A stretch of 64,000 nucleotides of DNA from Candidatus Thorarchaeota archaeon (GCA_016933575.1 JAFGAR010000051.1:1-64000); one strand, 5' to 3'; shown: positions 9,367 through 17,549, numbered from the stretch's first letter. Notes: generated by a model from the letters alone, not told the origin. Numbers and translations: made by a program.

Positions 9367-9502
9367 TGGCGGGCCAGACGGGATTTGAATTCGCTGGTTT
9401 GGTCGGATTGGCCAAACCTCCCGCGACCAACAAGTTAAGAGCTTCAACACACGAGAGAAGTTCTGCGTGTACTGTCGCTATACCTGGCTTAGCCACTGGC
9501 CC
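9367..9502 (-). tRNA. tRNA-Lys(CTT) with two non-canonical introns (30/31 at 9443-9471; 53/54 at 9390-9419), CCA encoded
   Basis: Spliced sequence GGGCCAG TG GCTAAGCCAGGTATAGC G ACAGG CTCTTAA CTTGT TGGTC GCGGG TTCAAAT CCCGT CTGGCCC G CCA (77 nt); both introns form hairpins with BHB-like junctions. Confidence 0.9.
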
Positions 9503-9554
9503 ACAGAGAGTGCTTTGCCTGTTTTGCGTTTATAGAGATTGCGGTGTTAACGAG
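9493..9554 (-). promoter_or_regulatory. tRNA-Lys promoter plus first 10 nt of the tRNA (repeat copy 1)
   Basis: Minus-strand TATAAA (plus-strand TTTATA ~9529-9534) ~27-32 nt upstream of tRNA +1; region duplicated at 9909-9970. Confidence 0.7.
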
Positions 9555-9655
9555 GTCTGTAGGTGCAAGCCTTGCGGTGAGAAAGATAGTAGCACAAATC
9601 GGCTGTGTACGTTAAGATTCTTGTTTAAAAGGAAGAAACTACATACTTTGTCTAG

Positions 9656-9853
9656 GTGGTCACAGTGGAGTGGGATTCTACTTCAACGCGCAATCTGCTT
9701 GTTCTTGGAATTTCGCTATTAATACTCGGAGCCTCTAGTGGGATTTCAGGCATGGTCTGGGTAGGTACCCTGCGATATTATTTTTTCATAGTAGGCGTCA
9801 CACTCGTAATAATGGCGGTGGTGTTCATGATAAAAGACCGTAGAACTCGTTGA
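9656..9853 (+). CDS. Small 2-TM membrane protein (paralog of 10674-10883)
   Basis: Two hydrophobic helices, basic tail; WVGTLRYYFFIVGVTL vs WVGILQYFLIILGVIL. Confidence 0.65.
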   Translation: MVTVEWDSTSTRNLLVLGISLLILGASSGISGMVWVGTLRYYFFIVGVTLVIMAVVFMIKDRRTR

Positions 9854-9908
9854 AGAGCGCAGAGAGCCATCAGAATGATTTCCTGTTTTCTATTCACTCT
9901 CACTTCCT

Positions 9909-9970
9909 CCACTGGCCCACAGAACGCCCTTTGCCTGTTTTGCGTTTATAGAGATTGTGGTGCTAACGAG
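9909..9970 (-). repeat. 62-bp direct repeat of the tRNA-Lys promoter and 5' end (copy 2)
   Basis: CCACTGGCCCACAGA...CTTTGCCTGTTTTGCGTTTATAGAGATTG.GGTG.TAACGAG shared with 9493-9554. Confidence 0.92.
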
Positions 9971-10105
9971 ATTTGAAGATAACAAACGACTATAGCCAGA
10001 GCTATTTTTGAGTATGATTCCTTTTTATCTTCTCAGACTTTCCAGTGAAAAGATTGAAGTTATTTCAATAGAGCTGCTATTTAGGTAATACTTGGAGTTT
10101 CGTCA

Positions 10106-10270
10106 ATGATGATATTATTACAAGAAAGCGAAGTAGTATTCATGTTTGGATATACGACCAAACCTTTCATTGTTTTAGTAATTGTAGTGATTTACATATA
10201 CCTTAGAAACCGGCGTAGAAATCAACGATTAGATGCAATTACTGAACCATTTGAGGAACAATCCTCGTGA
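10106..10270 (+). CDS. Small single-TM protein (54 aa, below the ORF-track cutoff)
   Basis: MMILLQESEVVFMFGYTTKPFIVLVIVVIYIYLRNRRRNQ...; TM helix followed by a basic cluster. Confidence 0.5.
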   Translation: MMILLQESEVVFMFGYTTKPFIVLVIVVIYIYLRNRRRNQRLDAITEPFEEQSS

Positions 10271-10362
10271 ATATTCTTGGCAAAAGCAGGGAGGGTTTTA
10301 TGATATCAAATGTACATTTGAGAAGAGTAGTTTCTGTAGCCGCAATTGTTGCTGTTGTATCC

Positions 10363-10650
10363 TCAGGCGGTTGATAACATACTGGACTTGTAGATCATAG
10401 CAAAAATACCAGATATCAGTATTAGTAATCCGCTTGGGAAGATAAAGAAAATACCTGCAGTACCAACCAGAATTGGACCCGTCGAATACGGAGGTTTGGC
10501 AGCCCAATACAATTGAGTCCAGTATGAATCAAGAAGTATTCCAGTTATTGCTACAATCGCGCCTACAAAGATGAGAGTAATTTCTTTGGGACAGGCTAGA
10601 ATATTGTAATGATTCATTAAATCATCATCTAATAATTGAATAAAGTTCAT
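10363..10650 (-). CDS. Small 2-TM hypothetical membrane protein
   Basis: Two hydrophobic segments; start uncertain. Confidence 0.45.
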   Translation of the reverse strand: MNFIQLLDDDLMNHYNILACPKEITLIFVGAIVAITGILLDSYWTQLYWAAKPPYSTGPILVGTAGIFFIFPSGLLILISGIFAMIYKSSMLSTA

Positions 10651-10673
10651 ATCAGTCTAATTATAGAACTAAA

Positions 10674-10883
10674 GTGGTTACAATGGAACGGAACTCTTTA
10701 CTGATGGTCATTCTTCTTTTTCTTGGAGTTGTGTGTGTCATAATAGCAGGTCTTAGCCCAGGTCAAGATATTGCTCCTGAGTGGGTAGGCATACTGCAAT
10801 ATTTCTTGATTATATTGGGGGTCATACTCATAACAGCAGCTATCATTTTCAGGCAAATCATGAACTCTAAATCAAAGAGATAA
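10674..10883 (+). CDS. Small 2-TM membrane protein (paralog of 9656-9853)
   Basis: Shared MVT.E start and WVG.L.Y..I.GV.L motif. Confidence 0.65.
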   Translation: MVTMERNSLLMVILLFLGVVCVIIAGLSPGQDIAPEWVGILQYFLIILGVILITAAIIFRQIMNSKSKR

Positions 10884-10991
10884 AATCTGTTTATTGTGAA
10901 TTGCTCCAAGCCCCTAAGTCTGTTTGTGAAAGGATATTTATTCTTTCAAGAAAATCCTAATTCAGGAGATCGTTAGGAAGGATTGTGAGAT

Positions 10992-11309
10992 ATGACTACA
11001 ATTTGTCCATACTGTAGAGAAGATTTGAGATTGGAACTGACTGCACAATTTGTGGAGAGAGTTGATACCGCTATAACAGACCTGTATCCAGAAGAACTGG
11101 AAAGATTGCAAAAGAGAGCTGCGATTCAAGGAGGCATGTATGGTGGCATGATGAAGATGGCTGCTGGAATGGCCAAGGGAATGCAGAGTACAATGATTCA
11201 TATGATGCAAGGGATAGTTGAGTATCCACCAATTGTCACTATTCTGAAGTGTATGAATTGCGGTGCAGCACTCTCTGTCGATATGCCAACTTCTGGTAGT
11301 TCTAAGTGA
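10992..11309 (+). CDS. Hypothetical protein with split zinc ribbon
   Basis: CPYC at the N-terminus and CMNC at the C-terminus, separated by a Met/Gly-rich helix. Confidence 0.7.
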   Translation: MTTICPYCREDLRLELTAQFVERVDTAITDLYPEELERLQKRAAIQGGMYGGMMKMAAGMAKGMQSTMIHMMQGIVEYPPIVTILKCMNCGAALSVDMPTSGSSK

Positions 11310-11343
11310 TAGGTGTAAGGGAATACCTTTCATTCTAAGAAAT

Positions 11344-12330
11344 CTAAGATTTTGGTTCAGGTGTCCAACGAATAGCACGTGGAGCGCGGGAAGCTCCGCA
11401 AATGCGACAGAACTTGTCAGAGGGGAGGATTGGTTTGCCGCACTTTTTACATGGCTCGATTCCTTCATCCTTCTCAGCAGAAGAATCAGGTGCTGGAGGC
11501 GATACATGTTTCCCATCTACACTCATAGATGATGTAGACTTCATCTCATCAGTATAACCCCACAGTTTCTGTAGCATACTACGAATCTGTAATAGGTCCT
11601 TCCTATATTGCTCAAACTCTCTGTCTTTCTCGAGTCTTTCGCTGATTTCCTTTAGCTTGTTCAGACACCAGACCATTGGTTTCTGTTTTATAAGAAGAGC
11701 TTGCAGTGCCTTCAAGTCTGGCTCTTTGTCTTTGAGTTTTGGTAATTTTTTCCCCTTGTGTTGTACAGTCTTGGTTGGTAACCTTGTCTGTTGTCGCATC
11801 TCAGCTAGAGGCGAGATGGCTGTGGCAGAAAAGGGATCTTCTTTCGATGCGAGAAAAGGAGTACCAGGTGCGACTCCACTCAGCACAAGGAGTGCAGGAT
11901 GTTCTGAGAATTCATCAGATTGTAACTCCTTTGTGATTGAGATGTGTATTATTACCCCTTGATGCTCTACAAACAGAGCAGTGTAATCTATGATGTCAGA
12001 ACCACCATATATCGCTCCAGCTCTTGGTGCTATTTTCCAGAGGGCAATAGCCATGATGTCCTCAGGTATCAGTCCGTTATAGGCTAGACAGCCCATCCCA
12101 TTTATTTCAAACTGAGCCTGTGAATAAAGTGGAGCAAGATAATCAGATTCAGCAATGACTTCATCGAGACTGGACGCAGAATATAGGTAGTAGAGTACCT
12201 CTACTTCCTCTTGAGGTGAGTGTGCGATGATGCAATTCGCTTGCATTTCAGGGAGAGTCGATTGTTCAACAGACCAATTATCAGGTAACGATAGTACAAA
12301 AGGAGCCCCCGGAATTCCGAAATCACCCAT
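11344..12330 (-). CDS. Hypothetical protein with C-terminal zinc ribbon
   Basis: CKKCG...KFCRICGA at the C-terminus; GGAGA SD-like site upstream. Confidence 0.7.
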   Translation of the reverse strand: MGDFGIPGAPFVLSLPDNWSVEQSTLPEMQANCIIAHSPQEEVEVLYYLYSASSLDEVIAESDYLAPLYSQAQFEINGMGCLAYNGLIPEDIMAIALWKIAPRAGAIYGGSDIIDYTALFVEHQGVIIHISITKELQSDEFSEHPALLVLSGVAPGTPFLASKEDPFSATAISPLAEMRQQTRLPTKTVQHKGKKLPKLKDKEPDLKALQALLIKQKPMVWCLNKLKEISERLEKDREFEQYRKDLLQIRSMLQKLWGYTDEMKSTSSMSVDGKHVSPPAPDSSAEKDEGIEPCKKCGKPILPSDKFCRICGASRAPRAIRWTPEPKS

Positions 12331-12472
12331 ATTATTCTCCTCAGATAATTTTTGAATTGAAAACTATTAGAAACGAATTCCTAAAAATATATGCAAAAAA
12401 ACATAGCGAGTTTGGAGCATAGGTCGTAAGCCATATAACGAAGCTAACTTTAGCTCAGAGTATCTTTAGGAC

Positions 12473-13810
12473 ATGGAGTCGCTAGGTATGGGCGAACACA
12501 AGAAGCTTTACGATCAAGTATTTGAACTTTTAGAGAAACATGATGATTGGATGTCTAAAACAATTAACCTCATTGCCTCGGAGAATGTGAGTTCACCAGC
12601 GGTCAGGTCAGCTATTGTTTGTGACTTCAGAGACCGCTATGCAGAGGGATGGCCCGGTGAGCGGGTCTATGCAGGGTGTAAGTACATAGACGAGGTCGAG
12701 CTGATAACCATCGATCTAGCAAAGAAGCTCTATAGAGCGGAATTTGCAGATGTACGGCCTATCTCTGGAGTGGTTGCTAATCTTGCAATGTATACTGCAG
12801 CCATGGAACCAATGGATAGAATGATGGCATTATCCATTGCACATGGAGGTCATATCTCTCATGCAAGAAAAGACCTGGGTGGGACTGCAGGTCAGATACG
12901 AGGACACAAGGTACGAAATTGGGTGTTCAACGATGAGGAATTCAACATTGATGTTGATGCTAGCATGAAGCAGATCAAGGACCTTCAAGAGAAGGGAGAT
13001 GAAATCAAATTCCTCCTCTTTGGTGGAAGCGTATTCCCCTTTCCACACCCTGTGAAGGAGTTCAGAGAGATTGCTGATGAGTACGGCATGACAATTGGGT
13101 ATGACTCAGCCCATGTATCAGGCCTCATCGCATCAGGATTCTTCCAAGATCCATTGAGAGAGGGTGCTGATATGATGACCACATCTACACACAAGACATT
13201 GCCTGGGCCTCAGCATGCAATGATCCTTGCAAAGGAGGAATTTGCTGACCGGATTAAGAGAGCCTCATTCCCAGGTCTCTTGAGTAATCACCACCTCCAC
13301 AACGTTGCCGGTCTTGCCATTGCCCTGGCTGAGATGATTGAGTTTGGAGTAGAGTATAGCAAGCAGATTATGAAGAATGCAAAGGCACTTGCACAGTCAC
13401 TACATGAGAGAGGATGGCAGGTCATTGCTGAGCACAAGGGATTCACTCAGTCCCACGTAGTCCTTGTTGATGTCACTGAAACTCCATTAGGTGATGGAGC
13501 CAAATGTGAAGAAACGTTGGAAGATGCAAATATCGTCATCAACCGCAATCTCCTTCCATGGGATAAGAAGAGAGGCCGGGACTACAAGACTCCAGGCGGA
13601 ATCCGTCTTGGAACAAGTGAGATGACTCGTCTTGGAATGAAAGAGTCTGAGATGGATGAGATTGCAGAGTTCATGACGAGAGTGGTCATGAAAGGTGAAG
13701 ATGTGAAAAAGGTTACAGCAGAGATTGGAGAATTCAGGAAGGACTACCAGAAGGTCCACTATGCATTCGAAAATGAAACTCCAGCCTATGCACATCTACG
13801 ATTCAAGTAA
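12473..13810 (+). CDS. glyA: Serine hydroxymethyltransferase
   Basis: LIASEN, YAEG.PG.R.Y.GC, STHKTLPGP, GIRLGT. Confidence 0.97.
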   Translation: MESLGMGEHKKLYDQVFELLEKHDDWMSKTINLIASENVSSPAVRSAIVCDFRDRYAEGWPGERVYAGCKYIDEVELITIDLAKKLYRAEFADVRPISGVVANLAMYTAAMEPMDRMMALSIAHGGHISHARKDLGGTAGQIRGHKVRNWVFNDEEFNIDVDASMKQIKDLQEKGDEIKFLLFGGSVFPFPHPVKEFREIADEYGMTIGYDSAHVSGLIASGFFQDPLREGADMMTTSTHKTLPGPQHAMILAKEEFADRIKRASFPGLLSNHHLHNVAGLAIALAEMIEFGVEYSKQIMKNAKALAQSLHERGWQVIAEHKGFTQSHVVLVDVTETPLGDGAKCEETLEDANIVINRNLLPWDKKRGRDYKTPGGIRLGTSEMTRLGMKESEMDEIAEFMTRVVMKGEDVKKVTAEIGEFRKDYQKVHYAFENETPAYAHLRFK

Positions 13811-13832
13811 GGGTCCGATTCCAGTCGGACCC
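13811..13832 (+). terminator. GC-rich hairpin directly after the glyA stop
   Basis: GGGTCCGA-TTCCAG-TCGGACCC, perfect 8-bp stem. Confidence 0.5.
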
Positions 13833-13849
13833 CCTCTTGGGGGTTACCT

Positions 13850-14143
13850 ATGAAGATTGAAGAAGCACAAGAGATGATGCGACGGATTTACCTTGAACGA
13901 GATAAGGCACGAGGAGTGGATCGTACCATCCTTAGAACCTTTCAAGAACTTGCTGAGTTGAGTGAGGCAATTCTAAAGAATAATGATGAAAAAGAGGTGG
14001 CTGATGAACTTGGAGATGTGTTTGCTTGGTTGTGCTCCCTTGCCAATCTGTTAGATGTGGATATTGCAACATCATTCTACTCAAAATATAGCAATGTCTG
14101 TTCAAAGTGTAAAAAGAGCCCCTGCGAATGTCCAGGTGCATAG
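13850..14143 (+). CDS. MazG-like nucleotide pyrophosphohydrolase
   Basis: QELAELSEA..ADELGDVFAWL, C-terminal CxxCxxxxCxC. Confidence 0.88.
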   Translation: MKIEEAQEMMRRIYLERDKARGVDRTILRTFQELAELSEAILKNNDEKEVADELGDVFAWLCSLANLLDVDIATSFYSKYSNVCSKCKKSPCECPGA

Positions 14144-14219
14144 TCTATTGTAAAAGGCAGAGCTCATAAGTCATGACTGTCATTAGCCCAAGTCAATCTT
14201 TGGGATTGGAGAGATACTC

Positions 14220-15683
14220 ATGGTGCTAATGACTGGTAAGGAGTATATTGAAACACTTGAAAAACGTGGACCACTCACAATCTATCTGATGGGACAACGG
14301 GTCGAAAATCCTGTCACCAATCCAATAATTCGTGCTTCAATGAACTCGATTGCTCTCACATATGATCTAGCGCATAGACCAGAGTATAGAGATATCATGA
14401 CTACGAAGTCGGTACTTACAGGGAATACAATCAATCGTTTTTGCCATCTACATACTGGTGTAGAAGACCTTCAGAATAAGGTAAAAATGCTAAGAATCCT
14501 TGGCCAGAAATGCGGCACTTGTTTCCAACGATGTGTTGGAATGGATTCTCTCAATGCAGTCTATCTGACAACTTATGATATCGATCAGAAATTCGGAACG
14601 CAATACCACAAGCGATTCATAGAGTATGTCAAGATGGTTGAAGAGAAGGACCTCGTAATCGATGGATGTATGACAGACCCGAAAGGGGATCGTAGCAAGC
14701 GACCTTCGGAGCAAAATGATCCGGATGTTTATATCCATGTCACAGAGAGGCAAGAAGATGGTGTGGTGATACGAGGAGCAAAAGCACACCAAACAGGAGC
14801 AATCAACTCTCATGAGCATCTCATCATGCCAACTCTAGCTATGCGGAATGAAGACAAGGATTTTACGATCTGTTGCGCAGTCCCTGCTGATGTTGAGGGG
14901 ATAACGTATTACTATGGTAGGCAATCATGCGACCTTCGACGACTGGATGAAACCAAAGAAGGTGATGTTGACTGCGGCAATCCCGTCTATGGTGGTCAAG
15001 AGTGTCTAATCATCTTTGATGATGTCTTTGTTCCCAACGACCGTATCTTCATGAAAGGCGAGAACGAGTTCTGTGGGCGTCTTGTTGAGTCTTTTGCGGC
15101 ATATCATAGACAGAGCTATGGAGGCTGTAAGGTTGGTGTGGGGGATGTCCTGATAGGAGCAGCGGCAACCATTGCAGATTTCAATGGGGTCTTGAAGGCT
15201 TCACATATTCAGGACAAGATCACTGAGATGACCCATCTGAATGAGACCCTATACTCCTGTGGCATTGCATGTTCAGCTGCAGGTCAAAAGACGGAAGCTG
15301 GCAATTATCTGGTGGATCTACTACTGGCAAATGTCTGCAAACAGAACGTGACAAGATTTCCATATGAGATTGCAAGGCTTCTTCAGGATATTGCGGGTGG
15401 TCTCTTTGTGACATGTCCAAGTTCAAAGGAGTTGAGCGACCCTGAAACCAGGAAGGTCATCGAAAAATATCTTGTAGGAGCAGAAGGCGTTGATACTGTG
15501 GATAGAATCAAGATACTCCGCTTGATTGAGAATCTTACTCTAGGAAGGGCTGCAGTTGGATACCTTACAGAATCAATGCATGGTGCGGGGTCTCCTCAGG
15601 CTCAGAGAATCATGATTAATCGCCTGAGCAACATTGATGAGAAGATGAAACTGGCAAAAGCGCTTGCTCGGATAGAAAACTAG
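14220..15683 (+). CDS. abfD: 4-hydroxybutyryl-CoA dehydratase (HpaB/AbfD family)
   Basis: CFQRCVGMD, TDPKGDRS, YHRQSYGGCK, ESMHGAGSPQAQ. Confidence 0.9.
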   Translation: MVLMTGKEYIETLEKRGPLTIYLMGQRVENPVTNPIIRASMNSIALTYDLAHRPEYRDIMTTKSVLTGNTINRFCHLHTGVEDLQNKVKMLRILGQKCGTCFQRCVGMDSLNAVYLTTYDIDQKFGTQYHKRFIEYVKMVEEKDLVIDGCMTDPKGDRSKRPSEQNDPDVYIHVTERQEDGVVIRGAKAHQTGAINSHEHLIMPTLAMRNEDKDFTICCAVPADVEGITYYYGRQSCDLRRLDETKEGDVDCGNPVYGGQECLIIFDDVFVPNDRIFMKGENEFCGRLVESFAAYHRQSYGGCKVGVGDVLIGAAATIADFNGVLKASHIQDKITEMTHLNETLYSCGIACSAAGQKTEAGNYLVDLLLANVCKQNVTRFPYEIARLLQDIAGGLFVTCPSSKELSDPETRKVIEKYLVGAEGVDTVDRIKILRLIENLTLGRAAVGYLTESMHGAGSPQAQRIMINRLSNIDEKMKLAKALARIEN

Positions 15684-15836
15684 ACGGATTCTTCAAGTAG
15701 TTCAAACGATAATCTCTATCAAAGTTCTTGCAGCTGCTTCCACTCCATCACACATGTTACGAGCATAAAAGCATCAAACATGATACTAAAGGAGAGGTGT
15801 TTCAAGCCACACGGATACGCTTGAATTAGAGGCGGT

Positions 15837-17549
15837 TTGTTGCATGGTGAAAAAAGATCTCCCTTGTTGAGAAAGAACAGGAAGTTGCAAGCATTAAGGA
15901 AATTGAAGAGCATTGAGTCGGGTAGAGGGGAGGTTTCGGAAGGATACCCTATCAAGATGTGGGTCCCTGAGGTCGACGGCACTCCAATCGAGTCCTATGA
16001 CCACCTCCTTGCACTCATTCGCTCGAAGTCCCTGGGATTCTTCAAGCGGAAAGACGTATCGAACTTATTGACCCTCGCCAAGCTCCACATCATGCTCTTT
16101 CAGGAGTATGGCGGTCGTACACACCTTGAGAGAGGTGAGGTGGCCGAGCTCTCGAAGCGATTGAAGACAAGTCCTGTGACCCTCAAACGCTATCTTCGTC
16201 AGGGAGTGATGCCAAAACTTTACTACTGGATCAACAAGGTACCCGGCGCTGTGAAGGAGAAGCGACTGGAGATACTCCTTGAGCGGCTCAATGGTGTGAC
16301 CTCAGAGGAGGAGTACTATAGGCGCTTCAATAATCTCTACTTCTACGATGAGATATCAGTGACTTCGGACCACAAGCAGAATGAGGAATTTGCACGGAAG
16401 TTCTTCGAGTTCATCAAAGAATACGGAGAGAGTGGATTTCTGGTCGACCTTGCAAAGAGACTGGGGATAGGAAAATCAACAATTGGTGCTTGGCTTGATG
16501 GGACCCAGCTCCCGACTCGTGTTGCCTATGCCGCGCGTATCCCCACAGAAGATCCTCGTCCAGGATTCAAGTGGTTGCCAAAGAAATTGAACCATATCAC
16601 CAATCTCCCTGAGGACTTCATTCAAGTTCCAGTAGAAATCCGTTCACCGCAGGACCTGCTGGATGTCCTTGACCAGCTGGTTCCCTTGGATACAAAGGCT
16701 ATGCGGGACTTCGAGAGGGAGTTCGAAGAACTAACACTCCCAATTGCCTTCATGTATCTTCTCGGTCTCGCGGTCTCTGATGGCAGCTTCAAGAATGATG
16801 TCGACTACTCCTCAAAAGTGGAACTATATGTTAGCAAGAAGTACTCGTGGGGCAGTACTCTGGGAGAGGGATTCTGTTATGCCATGGGTAGGATTGGGTT
16901 ATCTGCAGAGAGAGGGACTGACCGGAAAAAGGTCAGAGAGAATGGGAGAGTCGACACGTTCAAACTGTACGCTAGTGAGGCAAGTCCCCTTCTCATGTGG
17001 ATGAAGCAGGCACTCCTCGGACTGACAGCCTCAGAGAACAAAAAACACGTGGCGATCAAGGCTGACTGGATTCTGCAGATGCCCCGTGAGTGGCGGGTTG
17101 CATTCATACAGGGACTGGCTGATGGGGATGGTCATGCTTCTTTTCGTAGATTTGATGCAGCAATTAACACTACGACAAATGAGGTATTCATTTCTAAATT
17201 GCTTTTATCGATAGGAGTCGCATCAACTTGTGGTGATAATCGTGCAAGAATAAAACAGCAAGATGAAATAGTGAAAGCAGGAGAAATGCCATTGTTTAGA
17301 TTTGCTAGTGGAAGACAGGAAACTCTAGATAACCTTTCTAAGATTATCAAACTAAAACCAAAAGGAAGAAAACGTGTTCCAGAAGATGAGAAGAATCTAG
17401 TGATAGAATTATATGAAGCTGGACTCAAAGCTGGGAAAATTGTTGAAAAACTCTGGTATGAACATGGTTTGGCTCGGACTATTGAGATGATTGATACGAT
17501 GATCCGCCGCGAGAAGAAAAAACCTATTGACAGTGTTGGAAATCAATAG
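15837..17549 (+). CDS. Free-standing LAGLIDADG-family endonuclease-like protein with multiple HTH motifs
   Basis: YLLGLAVSDG and FIQGLADGDG helices; HTH-like segments VAELSKRLKTSPVTLKRYL, LAKRLGIGKSTIGAWL and a C-terminal one. Confidence 0.8.
   Translation: MLHGEKRSPLLRKNRKLQALRKLKSIESGRGEVSEGYPIKMWVPEVDGTPIESYDHLLALIRSKSLGFFKRKDVSNLLTLAKLHIMLFQEYGGRTHLERGEVAELSKRLKTSPVTLKRYLRQGVMPKLYYWINKVPGAVKEKRLEILLERLNGVTSEEEYYRRFNNLYFYDEISVTSDHKQNEEFARKFFEFIKEYGESGFLVDLAKRLGIGKSTIGAWLDGTQLPTRVAYAARIPTEDPRPGFKWLPKKLNHITNLPEDFIQVPVEIRSPQDLLDVLDQLVPLDTKAMRDFEREFEELTLPIAFMYLLGLAVSDGSFKNDVDYSSKVELYVSKKYSWGSTLGEGFCYAMGRIGLSAERGTDRKKVRENGRVDTFKLYASEASPLLMWMKQALLGLTASENKKHVAIKADWILQMPREWRVAFIQGLADGDGHASFRRFDAAINTTTNEVFISKLLLSIGVASTCGDNRARIKQQDEIVKAGEMPLFRFASGRQETLDNLSKIIKLKPKGRKRVPEDEKNLVIELYEAGLKAGKIVEKLWYEHGLARTIEMIDTMIRREKKKPIDSVGNQ

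Noticed and set aside
6004-9390. Repeats as a CRISPR array
   Set aside because: Spacing is 0.8-1.6 kb with whole genes in between, the repeat is tRNA-derived, and there are no cas genes
9044-9722. ORFs 9044-9496 (-) and 9354-9722 (+)
   Set aside because: Shadow ORFs: antisense of the Thr repeat (poly-Val) and overlapping the tRNA-Lys gene
10962-11516. 184-aa minus-strand ORF and other short antisense ORFs in the track
   Set aside because: They overlap better-supported genes and have no recognisable motifs
15837-17549. LAGLIDADG ORF as an intein or intron-encoded protein
   Set aside because: No splicing-domain termini and no interrupted host gene on either side
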